Positions 1 to 8,851 of a stretch of DNA of 48,773 nt are shown one piece after another. Position 1 is the first letter of the stretch. Every line of letters begins with the position of its first letter. The stretch comes from Candidatus Heimdallarchaeota archaeon. GTDB lineage: Archaea; Asgardarchaeota; Heimdallarchaeia; Heimdallarchaeales; Kariarchaeaceae. The stretch spans positions 1 through 48,773 of the forward strand of contig WAKA01000177.1 in assembly GCA_015523565.1 (NCBI GenBank). The letters are read 5' to 3'. Made by a program: the position numbers and the translations under genes. A model generated the notes under the pieces. It was not told where the DNA came from and made no database searches. It saw only the letters and a program-made list of their open reading frames with translations.

Positions 1-52
1 TTATAGACGAAAGCAATGTTAGATTTATATTTGGTATTTTCAGCGCTGACTT

Positions 53-631
53 ATGAGAAAATCCTCCAAGGTAATAATGGGCATTTCAATAATTCTATTC
101 TTGATGTTGACATCTACGGTTCATACAAATGCACTTCCAGTTTATTCTGAAAAGGAAGGTCCCCCTTACCCTTCCTTGCAAATCATCAAATGGATTGACG
201 TCACCGAGGATCATGTTAAGGTAGGTCAAACCATTAATGTGTACGTAAATATCACAAACTTTGGAGGATCTGCCGCGTTCAATGTAACTATTGTTGAACC
301 TATATTCCAAAACTTTTCAATTTCAAATCTTGAAGGATACAATCCGAAAAATTGGGTTCGAATGGATCCAGGGGCAAGCGTTTTCTATTCATTCCAGTTC
401 GCCTTTGAAAAGGCAGGGAATTACACAATAGAGCCAACAACTGCCCAATACACTGATGCAGAATTAAATGATTATTCCTCCAAATCAGGTTTTTTTGACT
501 TAAAGGTGTTGAAAGGGAACCCCCCTATAAGCAAGAAGGATGAATGGAAATTTGCTTTTTCACTTATGGGTGGTTTCATAGCCCTTCCAGTCATTTGGTT
601 AATTGCTAAAAAGTACATTATTGATAAGTAA
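53..631 (+). CDS. Translocon-associated protein beta (TRAP-beta/SSR2)-like single-pass membrane protein
   Basis: Signal peptide, one Ig-like beta-sandwich, C-terminal TM followed by KKY. Segments NITNFGGSAAFNVTI, KNWVRMDPGASV, KAGNYTIEPTTAQY and EWKFAFSLMGGFIALPVIWLIAKKY parallel human SSR2 as I recall it ([68 protein letters not shown]). Confidence 0.75.
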   Translation: MRKSSKVIMGISIILFLMLTSTVHTNALPVYSEKEGPPYPSLQIIKWIDVTEDHVKVGQTINVYVNITNFGGSAAFNVTIVEPIFQNFSISNLEGYNPKNWVRMDPGASVFYSFQFAFEKAGNYTIEPTTAQYTDAELNDYSSKSGFFDLKVLKGNPPISKKDEWKFAFSLMGGFIALPVIWLIAKKYIIDK

Positions 632-679
632 ATATAAGGTGAAAACAAACTTCATATCAGATATTTCTCGGTGATTTTT

Positions 680-1666
680 ATGGTATTAAAGGGCTTAATG
701 GAAAATCCAGACAAAAAATTCATATTGGTTGGCGGTAAAGGAGGAACAGGTAAAACTACTTCTGCGGCTGCAATTGCCGTGTATTTCGCGGAAAGGGGAG
801 AGAAAACCCTTATCATCTCAACGGATCCTGCTCATTCCTTGGCTGATTCTTTTGACCAGCCATTGGGGAATAAAGAACCAACAAGGATAATCGGTGTAAA
901 CGGACAGCTTTATGGTATGGAAATTGATCCAGAACAGGCGTCTGGTGATTTTGCGGAAATCTTGAACATGTCTGGTGCCAATACGGATGACCTTGCAAAT
1001 ACTTTGGGTTCCATGGGTTTTGACGAGTTCAAAGATATGTTTGCAACCATGCCTCCAGGGGTTGACGAAGCATTGGCACTTGCAAAAGTAATCCAATTCA
1101 TTGAGTCTCCTGAGTACCAAGACTACAAACGGATTATTTTTGACACTGCTCCAACAGGGCATACCCTTAGATTACTTTCCCTCCCTGATTTTCTTGACAG
1201 TTTCCTTGGGAAAGCCATGAAACTCAGGGTCAAGATCAATAACATGTTTGCAGGATTCAAAAGCCTTCTAGGGATGGAAGCCCAAAGAGACAACACTATA
1301 GAGGCAATGGAAGCATTGAAAAAAACAATCATGAAAGTCAGGGAGTTTTTCCAAGATTCTAAAAGAACAGAATTCATCATTGTCACTATTCCTACCATAA
1401 TGGCCATCAATGAATCTGAACGACTGGCAGAGGAACTCCACATACAAAACATTGCAGTCAATAATGTCATTGTCAACCAAATCATGCCTGAAAATTTGGA
1501 TTGTAAATTCTGTAAGGCAAGGTCTGCTGGTCAAGCTCAAAACTTGGAATATATCAGAAACCTCTTTGTACAATTTAATCTAACAGAGGTTCCCTTCTTC
1601 GACCGGGAAATCCGTGGAGTCCCTGCATTAAGAATTATGGGTTCTGCATTGTTTGAAAGCAAATAA
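680..1666 (+). CDS. Get3/TRC40/ArsA-family ATPase, Get3-like
   Basis: Deviant Walker A GGKGGTGKTT, STDPAHSL, DTAPTGHTLRLL, Met-rich helical insert, C-terminal CKFC. Single ATPase domain. Start placed at ATG 680 behind GGTGA (670-674); ORF track starts at GTG 671. Confidence 0.9.
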   Translation: MVLKGLMENPDKKFILVGGKGGTGKTTSAAAIAVYFAERGEKTLIISTDPAHSLADSFDQPLGNKEPTRIIGVNGQLYGMEIDPEQASGDFAEILNMSGANTDDLANTLGSMGFDEFKDMFATMPPGVDEALALAKVIQFIESPEYQDYKRIIFDTAPTGHTLRLLSLPDFLDSFLGKAMKLRVKINNMFAGFKSLLGMEAQRDNTIEAMEALKKTIMKVREFFQDSKRTEFIIVTIPTIMAINESERLAEELHIQNIAVNNVIVNQIMPENLDCKFCKARSAGQAQNLEYIRNLFVQFNLTEVPFFDREIRGVPALRIMGSALFESK

Positions 1667-1749
1667 ATTAAGGGATATTTTCTTTTCATATTTGTGTTTT
1701 TCTCGCAATATATTTTTCAAGGTTACATACTTACATAGGACTGAGAACG

Positions 1750-3780
1750 ATGTCAGATGAAATGATGCAAACTTCAAGAGCCATTCCAATAAATATCAGA
1801 ATGATATTGATTATTTTAATATTGATTGCGGCTCTCGGTATTCCCACATATTTATCCACCACCCAACAGACTAAGCTTGCAGAGGATGTGCAGGAAGGGC
1901 TAAGATTGCAAGAAAGGGACTTGAACATCTCTGCATCGCTTGAACAGGTAATTGGGACAATAAACGAATTGGCTAAAGAAAGTCAATTTTCTGCATACTT
2001 AAAATCTCATAGGGAAGAATTAGAAAATGAAACCGATTTATTCAAAATAAGGCAAGATATCATTATTACCGTTGCTGAAATAAATAACCTTTTGTTTGAT
2101 CGCCAAGCCGAAAAATATAATCTTGTTAATGTCAATTTGACATTTGAAGGGTTTCAAAACGCCGAAATGATTAAGGAATTATCTCAAGCCAAACGAATAA
2201 TCGAAACAAACATGACTACTAATTTGGAAGATCTTGCATCAAAAACGGACGAATACATTTCAAAAATAAATCAAGCGGCCATTGATCTTGCTTATATTGT
2301 CGGGCAACCTACATCTTCTGCAAATATCTCTGTTTCATTGACTGGAAATGCAACTGCAACCTTAAACTCATTGAAATCACATCTAAAATCAAAACTCTCT
2401 GCCGCTAAAAGTTCCAAGGACAATGAAACAATCATCTACGTAGTTGATACATTATATGAACTTGAAAATCTCAATAATCTTATCGATGACATAAATTCAT
2501 TGGTTCAAAAATACCTAACAGTGGCATTGACAGAAAGCCCTGAATCATTATTGGATTATTCGAAGAAATTCAAACAGTCATTTGAACTCATATCCTCCCA
2601 AGCTGATTTCTTATTGGACAAATTTTTAGACCCTACTGCTATTGGCTATTATGCGTTGCAAGCCGATGATCTTGTCTATATCCAAAACCTAGACCCCATG
2701 ATTAGAGGCAATACCACCCAAAAAGGCATGATTCAATATCTGAATTCATCATTGAATCTGGTGTTCGAAACGGAAAGCTTGATTGACCAAATAACTGATA
2801 TCCAATCCACATCATTGAAATCAGCCGTAAATAATATAATTATATTTTTGGAAACCATAAAGAGGGTGGTTCTCTTTGAATTGGATTCTTTTACCTTTAC
2901 TTTCAATACATATGTTAAATTCCGCTCTGCCGCTAACAATATTATCTTGTCTATCACTTTGGCCATCTTAGGTATTCTCGTGTTCGGAGGAACAATTCCA
3001 TTCCTCAACAGAGTCAGGAAAATTACCGTTAGACTGGACGACGGATTTCAGAAAATTGTCAATTATGACCTTTCAATCAAAAAATTTGATAAAATTGAAG
3101 GTGGTGAACTGGGAAGAATTCAATACGGTTTCAATAAAATGGTTGATGAGCTACAACTTATTCTCCAATCATTGGCAGATGCCAGTGAAACCTTGTCCTC
3201 AATTTCTGAAACAATGGCGTCAGGTTCACAGGAAGCTTCGGCATCAGTTACTGAGGTCTCTGACACAATTGCACAGATTTCATATGGTGCTTCTGAACAA
3301 AATAGGTTAATACAACAGCTTTCTGATTTGCTTAAAAAACACATGGATGAAGTCAATGAGGCATCTGTGAAAATCTCCGAGGCAAGTACCTTTGTCCAAC
3401 AAGTCGCAAAACGAACTAATATTCTTGGTCTGAACGCATCAATCGAAGCGGCCAAGGCAGGTCATTTTGGAAGAGGTTTCAATGTCGTCGCTGAAAATGT
3501 CAGGGAACTTTCCGAAGATACCAAAAGGTCTGCCAATGAGATTGCCTCACTTATTGAAACCATCTCACAGAACATTTCAAACACCGTTAAAACAGTGATT
3601 GAAGAAATGGAAGAAGCAAGAATGATCTCTGAAAACACTGCTTCAGGAACAGAAGAGGCAAATGCCGCCACTACGGAACAGGTGTCAATGCTTAGCGAGA
3701 TTAGTGAACAAGCCGCTGAAATTGCAAATATCGCAACAGAACTCAACTCTATCATGGCTCGCTTCAAATTCGCAAAATAA
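1750..3780 (+). CDS. Methyl-accepting chemotaxis protein (2 TM, large helical extracellular sensor, HAMP, short signalling domain)
   Basis: Two TMs flanking a long helical region; HAMP-like GELGRIQYGFNKMVDEL; hairpin tip RTNILGLNASIEAAKAGHFGRGFNVVAENVRELS; methylation-type SQEASA/TEEANA motifs. Confidence 0.93.
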   Translation: MSDEMMQTSRAIPINIRMILIILILIAALGIPTYLSTTQQTKLAEDVQEGLRLQERDLNISASLEQVIGTINELAKESQFSAYLKSHREELENETDLFKIRQDIIITVAEINNLLFDRQAEKYNLVNVNLTFEGFQNAEMIKELSQAKRIIETNMTTNLEDLASKTDEYISKINQAAIDLAYIVGQPTSSANISVSLTGNATATLNSLKSHLKSKLSAAKSSKDNETIIYVVDTLYELENLNNLIDDINSLVQKYLTVALTESPESLLDYSKKFKQSFELISSQADFLLDKFLDPTAIGYYALQADDLVYIQNLDPMIRGNTTQKGMIQYLNSSLNLVFETESLIDQITDIQSTSLKSAVNNIIIFLETIKRVVLFELDSFTFTFNTYVKFRSAANNIILSITLAILGILVFGGTIPFLNRVRKITVRLDDGFQKIVNYDLSIKKFDKIEGGELGRIQYGFNKMVDELQLILQSLADASETLSSISETMASGSQEASASVTEVSDTIAQISYGASEQNRLIQQLSDLLKKHMDEVNEASVKISEASTFVQQVAKRTNILGLNASIEAAKAGHFGRGFNVVAENVRELSEDTKRSANEIASLIETISQNISNTVKTVIEEMEEARMISENTASGTEEANAATTEQVSMLSEISEQAAEIANIATELNSIMARFKFAK

Positions 3781-3836
3781 AACATTGAAAATAGGACTTT
3801 CTTCATATTTATCAATCTTGACTTAATTTATCGGTT

Positions 3837-4847
3837 ATGAATCATTTGGACTTTAGAAGTGACACCATTACCCATCCAACCGAAGAAATGAGAGAAGCCG
3901 CCGCCAATGCAAAGGTTGGAGACGATGTGTTCGGGGACGATCCTACTGTTAACGAACTTGAACAAATCGCGGCAGAAAAAATGGGTAAGGAAGCCGCACT
4001 TTTCGTTACCAGCGGTACTCAAGGGAACCTTGTTTCTGTCTTGGGTCATACAAATCCTGGAAATGAGGTGATTCTTGAGGCTGACTCCCACATTTATCAT
4101 TATGAGGTCGGTGGAATAAGCGCCATTGCAGGGGCAATTCCTAAATTAATCCAGACAGAGGACGGGAATATCACTCCTGAAATGCTTGAAAATGCATTGA
4201 GACCATCCAATATTCATTTCCCGGATACGTCCCTTCTTTGCCTAGAAAATACCCACAACAGGCATGGCGGTATCGCATTGTCTCCGCATTCAATCGCAGA
4301 AGTTGCAAGAGCGGCACATGATCACGGATTGTCCGTTCATTTGGATGGAGCAAGAATCTTCAATGCCGCCATTTATCACAATGTAAATGTCAAGGAATAT
4401 GCAAAAGAGGTTGATACTATCCAATTTTGCCTTTCCAAAGGTCTTAGCGCCCCAGTGGGTTCCCTTGTTGCAGGAACAAGGGATTTCATTGAAAAAGCAA
4501 GAAAGATCAGGAAAAGACTTGGAGGTGGAATGAGACAGGCAGGAATCATAGCCGCCCCTGGTATCATTGCGCTGACGAAAATGGTCGACAGACTCAAGGA
4601 AGACCACGATAATGCAAGAAAACTCGCTGAAATATTGAAAGGACACGGATATAAGATTATAGAGCCTCAAACAAATATCTTGGTTGTCTATACCGATGGA
4701 AAGTTCGAAAATTCTGACGAGGCTGTTGACTTTTTTAAGTCAAAGGGAATCTTATGTGTTCCATTCGGTCCAAATAGGATCAGATTCACAACCCATAGAA
4801 TGATCTCAGCAGATGATATAAAAAGAGTGGATGAATTGCTCTCTTAA
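3837..4847 (+). CDS. ltaE: Low-specificity L-threonine aldolase (PLP)
   Basis: DFRSDT, VGDDVFGDDPTV, SGTQGNL, LENTHN, HLDGARIFNAA, CLSKGLSAPVGS (PLP Lys), GGGMRQAG. Confidence 0.95.
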   Translation: MNHLDFRSDTITHPTEEMREAAANAKVGDDVFGDDPTVNELEQIAAEKMGKEAALFVTSGTQGNLVSVLGHTNPGNEVILEADSHIYHYEVGGISAIAGAIPKLIQTEDGNITPEMLENALRPSNIHFPDTSLLCLENTHNRHGGIALSPHSIAEVARAAHDHGLSVHLDGARIFNAAIYHNVNVKEYAKEVDTIQFCLSKGLSAPVGSLVAGTRDFIEKARKIRKRLGGGMRQAGIIAAPGIIALTKMVDRLKEDHDNARKLAEILKGHGYKIIEPQTNILVVYTDGKFENSDEAVDFFKSKGILCVPFGPNRIRFTTHRMISADDIKRVDELLS

Positions 4848-4901
4848 CTTCTAGAAAATACCCGCAGTTTTAACAACACCTAAAACCAACAACAATAAAG
4901 A

Positions 4902-5510
4902 ATGAATAAAAAAGGACTGTTCATAGCAATTGAGGGAATTGATGGCGCTGGAAAAACAACTGTTGCAAAAGCTGTTGTTGATAGTTTGGAAAAAAAGTAT
5001 AGCTATCCTGTCCTGTTGACTTCTGAACCCACTAAGAAAAAAATTGGATTGCTTCTCAGGCAGTACTTGAAAAACCCTCATGCAAAACGGGAAGTTGATG
5101 CCCTACTATTTGCCGCAGATCGCGTAGAGCACTATTTTGAGGAAATTGAACCTTTTGTCAATAACGGCGGAATTGTCATTTCCGATAGGTACGTATATTC
5201 ATCGTACGCCTATCAATCATCTCAAGGATTGCCCCTTGAATGGCTAATTGAAATAAACAAGTTTGCCCCCCCTGCTGATCTTGTCTTCCTATTGGACGTC
5301 CCAATAGATATTGCCTTGGAAAGGATCAAAAAAGAAAAAAGACAATATTCCGAGAAGTTTGAAAGTAGTCAAATGCTTATGAAAGTTCAACGTGTTTACA
5401 ATTCAATGAAAGAAAACCCGAATGTCAAGGTTCTGGATGCAAACCAACCTGTTGAAAAAATTGTGAAACAAATTTTGGATATTATCCTTTCAACCGTTAA
5501 TCTTGAGTAA
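4902..5510 (+). CDS. tmk: Thymidylate kinase
   Basis: FIAIEGIDGAGKTT P-loop, TSEPT, LLFAADRVEH, ISDRYVYSSYAYQ. Confidence 0.95.
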   Translation: MNKKGLFIAIEGIDGAGKTTVAKAVVDSLEKKYSYPVLLTSEPTKKKIGLLLRQYLKNPHAKREVDALLFAADRVEHYFEEIEPFVNNGGIVISDRYVYSSYAYQSSQGLPLEWLIEINKFAPPADLVFLLDVPIDIALERIKKEKRQYSEKFESSQMLMKVQRVYNSMKENPNVKVLDANQPVEKIVKQILDIILSTVNLE

Positions 5511-5683
5511 TCGATATTCCCTGTAATTCTTTTCGTCATCTATTCATACATTTCTTTAATCAGAATCGATTAAACTTATTAAGAAAATTGAAACTTTGGG
5601 CTTTAGAAGAAGTGCAACGCGAATGATTTATCAATTTCGGAATGCATGCAGAATTAAAGTGCGTTGCTTGCAAAGGTGAAACA

Positions 5684-8600
5684 ATGAGCGAGATGGAAGG
5701 CCAAAAAAGAAGACGGAGACGTCGAAGAAGAGCAATAACAAAAAGAATTGTTGATGAACATGGAAATGTAAAAGTTAAAAAATTCACCAGAAGAAAATCG
5801 AGATTCCAGATCCCTGGACTTACAGCACAAAGGGTTCCTTCACTATTGCTCGGTCTTTCATTCGGGTTTTATGCAACCATGGCTTACTATGAATCAAAAG
5901 GTATCATCAATGATGATAGCTCTGGCATATTCGGATTTTTTCATGGATTTTTCCAAAACCTTAATCCTGTCTTAAAATTAGTATTGGCAGGAACTGTTGG
6001 CACTGCTATCGCCACATTTTTTGGATATGCCCTGTTCACTCAAGGATTTAAAATCAAAAGATGGGGGAAGGCCTTCCGGCAACTTGTTTCAATTGGTGTC
6101 CTTATATTGGTCATTTCATCTATAATCAGCCCATTTGTCAATGAGCCAAACATTGTCAGACAAATAAGTGATGAGGATTTCCAACCAAGAACTGAGACTT
6201 TTGACCTAAGTGGACTTTCCTCACCATTTTATGACGAACTGTTGAATAGCTTCCTTGATTTGCTTGGTGGTCTTGATCCTGATATCGCCAACCAAATTGT
6301 AGCCAATATTACTCCAACTGATAATTTTGGGTTGGATCCCACTCGTGATATTTACCTTTTCAGATGGCAGGTCTCTGAAACTTGGGATACTGCCACCAAC
6401 GATTTCAAAAAAGCTGATGAAACAACAACATTGGATTTCAACGGCTTTGACCCTGGCAATGAACCGTTAGATCCAGATAACTTGAGAACATTTGAAATAG
6501 ACAATTCTTATTTGACAATCGGATCAACCTATTCACAACCTCTTGTCTCATTCTGGAATTCTGAAGAAGGTTCAACTTTGACTTCTCCAGACAATTTTAG
6601 CTTGAAATCCAGTGACCCAACAATTACAGCCACAAAAATGGACGTGTTCAATGATGTCAATGAACAGCCTATTGTTGACGCTAAATTCTCAAAATCTTCT
6701 TCTAGTGGTGCAATTAGTATGCCCGCTTATTGGAAGGCTGAGGATAAACAATCCATCGGTTCTGGGTCCGTAAAATTGAGTGAATTGGAATCCTTGCTTG
6801 GTCAAGCTCCTTCCTCAAGATTCCCAAGTTCCAAACTTCAAAACAATGGAGAGGGAATAAAGAAATTTTGGGGAAAGGATTCCTTACCAACCAATTATAT
6901 TTGGAAAGACCAACAAATTGGACAACAGGATGCATTCACTAGAAAATATAACGAATTTGATCAAATCTTCACTGACAGTACAAGCGTCTATGCCGCAATA
7001 ATCACAATTCATAGTTTCATCCAAGATGCTGTCTTGAAAGCATACCAATCAGGATCATTAAATCTTGATCCTGTCAATGGTCAAGGAGATTTCTCAGGTG
7101 ATACTGACAAAGGTCATTATTTCTACGAAGCCCTTGAAAACGACCTGCCATGGGGCTTGAAAGAAATGCTCCCTGGATATGTCAATATGTTACGCTCTTT
7201 TGGAATTCCCTCTCGCGTTGTATTGGGTTTTGCAGGTGGAACTATTGATTCAAATAAAATTTCTCTTCAAATGCTTAATATCCATTATTGGATTGAAGCT
7301 CTAATCCCATGGAGGGATGACAATGGAAACCTCCGCTGGAGCTGGGGTATATTCAATCCTATCCCCATATTTTCTGCACTTCAATCTGGACAAATCGCCT
7401 ATGGTAGAAATGCCCTTGCAACAAGCGCTTCACTTAATGTCGATTTTACATCTGGTGAAAGCATACCTGGTATCGATTTTAAATTGCAAACAATGGGTGC
7501 TAAGTTTCAATTGAATGTATCTGCTGGGTATGGTGGTGTCCCTGCTTCTGGACAAACAGTAAAACTCAAATTACTGGACGAGAATGATCAAAACCTGCTA
7601 ACACAGGGTCTCCCCTCAGATCTTACCAATTTCGGAACAGACCTGCCTGATGCTATTCTTAATGACAAGGGCTATGCCCTCATAAATGGTTCCGTAAACT
7701 ATAGAGGTAATCTTACGATTGGAGATACAATTGTTGCAACAGTCAAGGCCGTTGATATAGATGCAGCACTTAATCCTGGTTCTGGAAATCCTGTGAATGG
7801 ATATGCAATATTGGCAATATTCGGCTTCAATTTCAACTTCACCGCTACAGGTTGGGTGAAAAATGGAACACTTGTGGCGAATATCTTGGGATTGCAAACA
7901 GGAACTATTCCTGGTGTGGATGCACCTGGATCTGTTGTTGTCCCAACCGTCTCATTCACACTGAGTGCAACTTTGTTTGATGCAAACGGAACAGACCCTG
8001 AAAACGCTATTGCCAATGAATCCATTTCTTTGATGCTTTTCACAAAAGATCAATTCGATCAGCTTGACACTACATCAACTTCCACATTGGACAATGCACA
8101 GAATTATGCCGCAGGACTACTAACTGACAGTGCTCTTGTAACTCAGAAAACTGATAATCAAGGTAATGTATTATGGGTTGTCACCTTCCCCCTGAATGAC
8201 AACAATTACCCCGTTGATGATGCCATTTACTTGTTCTTAATGCAATGGAAAGGAAGTACTGTATTCTCCAATCCTGTTTCGGTGTTGGTGACTATTAGGG
8301 CACAAATGGATACTTTCGGCTATTTCAATCAATCCATTTTACAGGCTACCCAATCTTTTGACACTTGGTATGTAAATATTACTCTTACATCTTTAACTGG
8401 AATTTTGACAGATCCACTGCCAATCAAGGGTGTTCCTGTCGATATACTGTTTGTCAACCAACTTGATTTCGATAGTGCAGGAGTTGTAACATATCAAGAC
8501 CTTGTAAACTTTTTATCTGGACAGACTGAAGGTGCCACCTACTACAATCTCAGTATTGCAACCTCTGGTCATCCCAATACCAGAACCAATCCACTGCCTG

Positions 8601-8851
8601 TTACTGATAAGAACGGTACTGTACAAGCCAATATCTTGATGAAGGCAAGCGAGGTGGCCGCAGGATTTTTCTATTATGTAATAGTGGTGGTTGACGAATT
8701 TGAAATATTCACGATTGTCAAAAATGGCACTGATACAGATAGTTTCAAGTTTGGTGTCGCAGGTGCACCTGGCTATGCTTCAACTCAGTCTGCATCATTG
8801 TCTTGGACCCCGCAAATTGAATTGTTCATGAAGGAGGAGAAAATGGCATGA
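5684..8851 (+). CDS. Membrane-anchored transglutaminase-like protein with degenerate catalytic triad and C-terminal Ig-like domains
   Basis: Arg-rich N-terminus, about 3 TMs, TGase-core motifs MLRSFGIPSRVVLGFAGG / HYWIE / WGIFNP, then a beta-rich extracellular region. Start moved to ATG 5684 behind AGGTGA (ORF track gives 5642). Confidence 0.8.
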   Translation: MSEMEGQKRRRRRRRRAITKRIVDEHGNVKVKKFTRRKSRFQIPGLTAQRVPSLLLGLSFGFYATMAYYESKGIINDDSSGIFGFFHGFFQNLNPVLKLVLAGTVGTAIATFFGYALFTQGFKIKRWGKAFRQLVSIGVLILVISSIISPFVNEPNIVRQISDEDFQPRTETFDLSGLSSPFYDELLNSFLDLLGGLDPDIANQIVANITPTDNFGLDPTRDIYLFRWQVSETWDTATNDFKKADETTTLDFNGFDPGNEPLDPDNLRTFEIDNSYLTIGSTYSQPLVSFWNSEEGSTLTSPDNFSLKSSDPTITATKMDVFNDVNEQPIVDAKFSKSSSSGAISMPAYWKAEDKQSIGSGSVKLSELESLLGQAPSSRFPSSKLQNNGEGIKKFWGKDSLPTNYIWKDQQIGQQDAFTRKYNEFDQIFTDSTSVYAAIITIHSFIQDAVLKAYQSGSLNLDPVNGQGDFSGDTDKGHYFYEALENDLPWGLKEMLPGYVNMLRSFGIPSRVVLGFAGGTIDSNKISLQMLNIHYWIEALIPWRDDNGNLRWSWGIFNPIPIFSALQSGQIAYGRNALATSASLNVDFTSGESIPGIDFKLQTMGAKFQLNVSAGYGGVPASGQTVKLKLLDENDQNLLTQGLPSDLTNFGTDLPDAILNDKGYALINGSVNYRGNLTIGDTIVATVKAVDIDAALNPGSGNPVNGYAILAIFGFNFNFTATGWVKNGTLVANILGLQTGTIPGVDAPGSVVVPTVSFTLSATLFDANGTDPENAIANESISLMLFTKDQFDQLDTTSTSTLDNAQNYAAGLLTDSALVTQKTDNQGNVLWVVTFPLNDNNYPVDDAIYLFLMQWKGSTVFSNPVSVLVTIRAQMDTFGYFNQSILQATQSFDTWYVNITLTSLTGILTDPLPIKGVPVDILFVNQLDFDSAGVVTYQDLVNFLSGQTEGATYYNLSIATSGHPNTRTNPLPVTDKNGTVQANILMKASEVAAGFFYYVIVVVDEFEIFTIVKNGTDTDSFKFGVAGAPGYASTQSASLSWTPQIELFMKEEKMA

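Noticed and set aside
680-1666. Arsenite-efflux ATPase ArsA
   Set aside because: Single domain, Get3-type Met-rich insert and CxxC, and no ars genes nearby.
5642-5760. N-terminal CVAC metal motif and poly-Arg as a Tat signal in the TGase-like protein
   Set aside because: CVAC lies upstream of the RBS-supported start at 5684; the Arg run lacks the RRxFLK context and an adjoining h-region.
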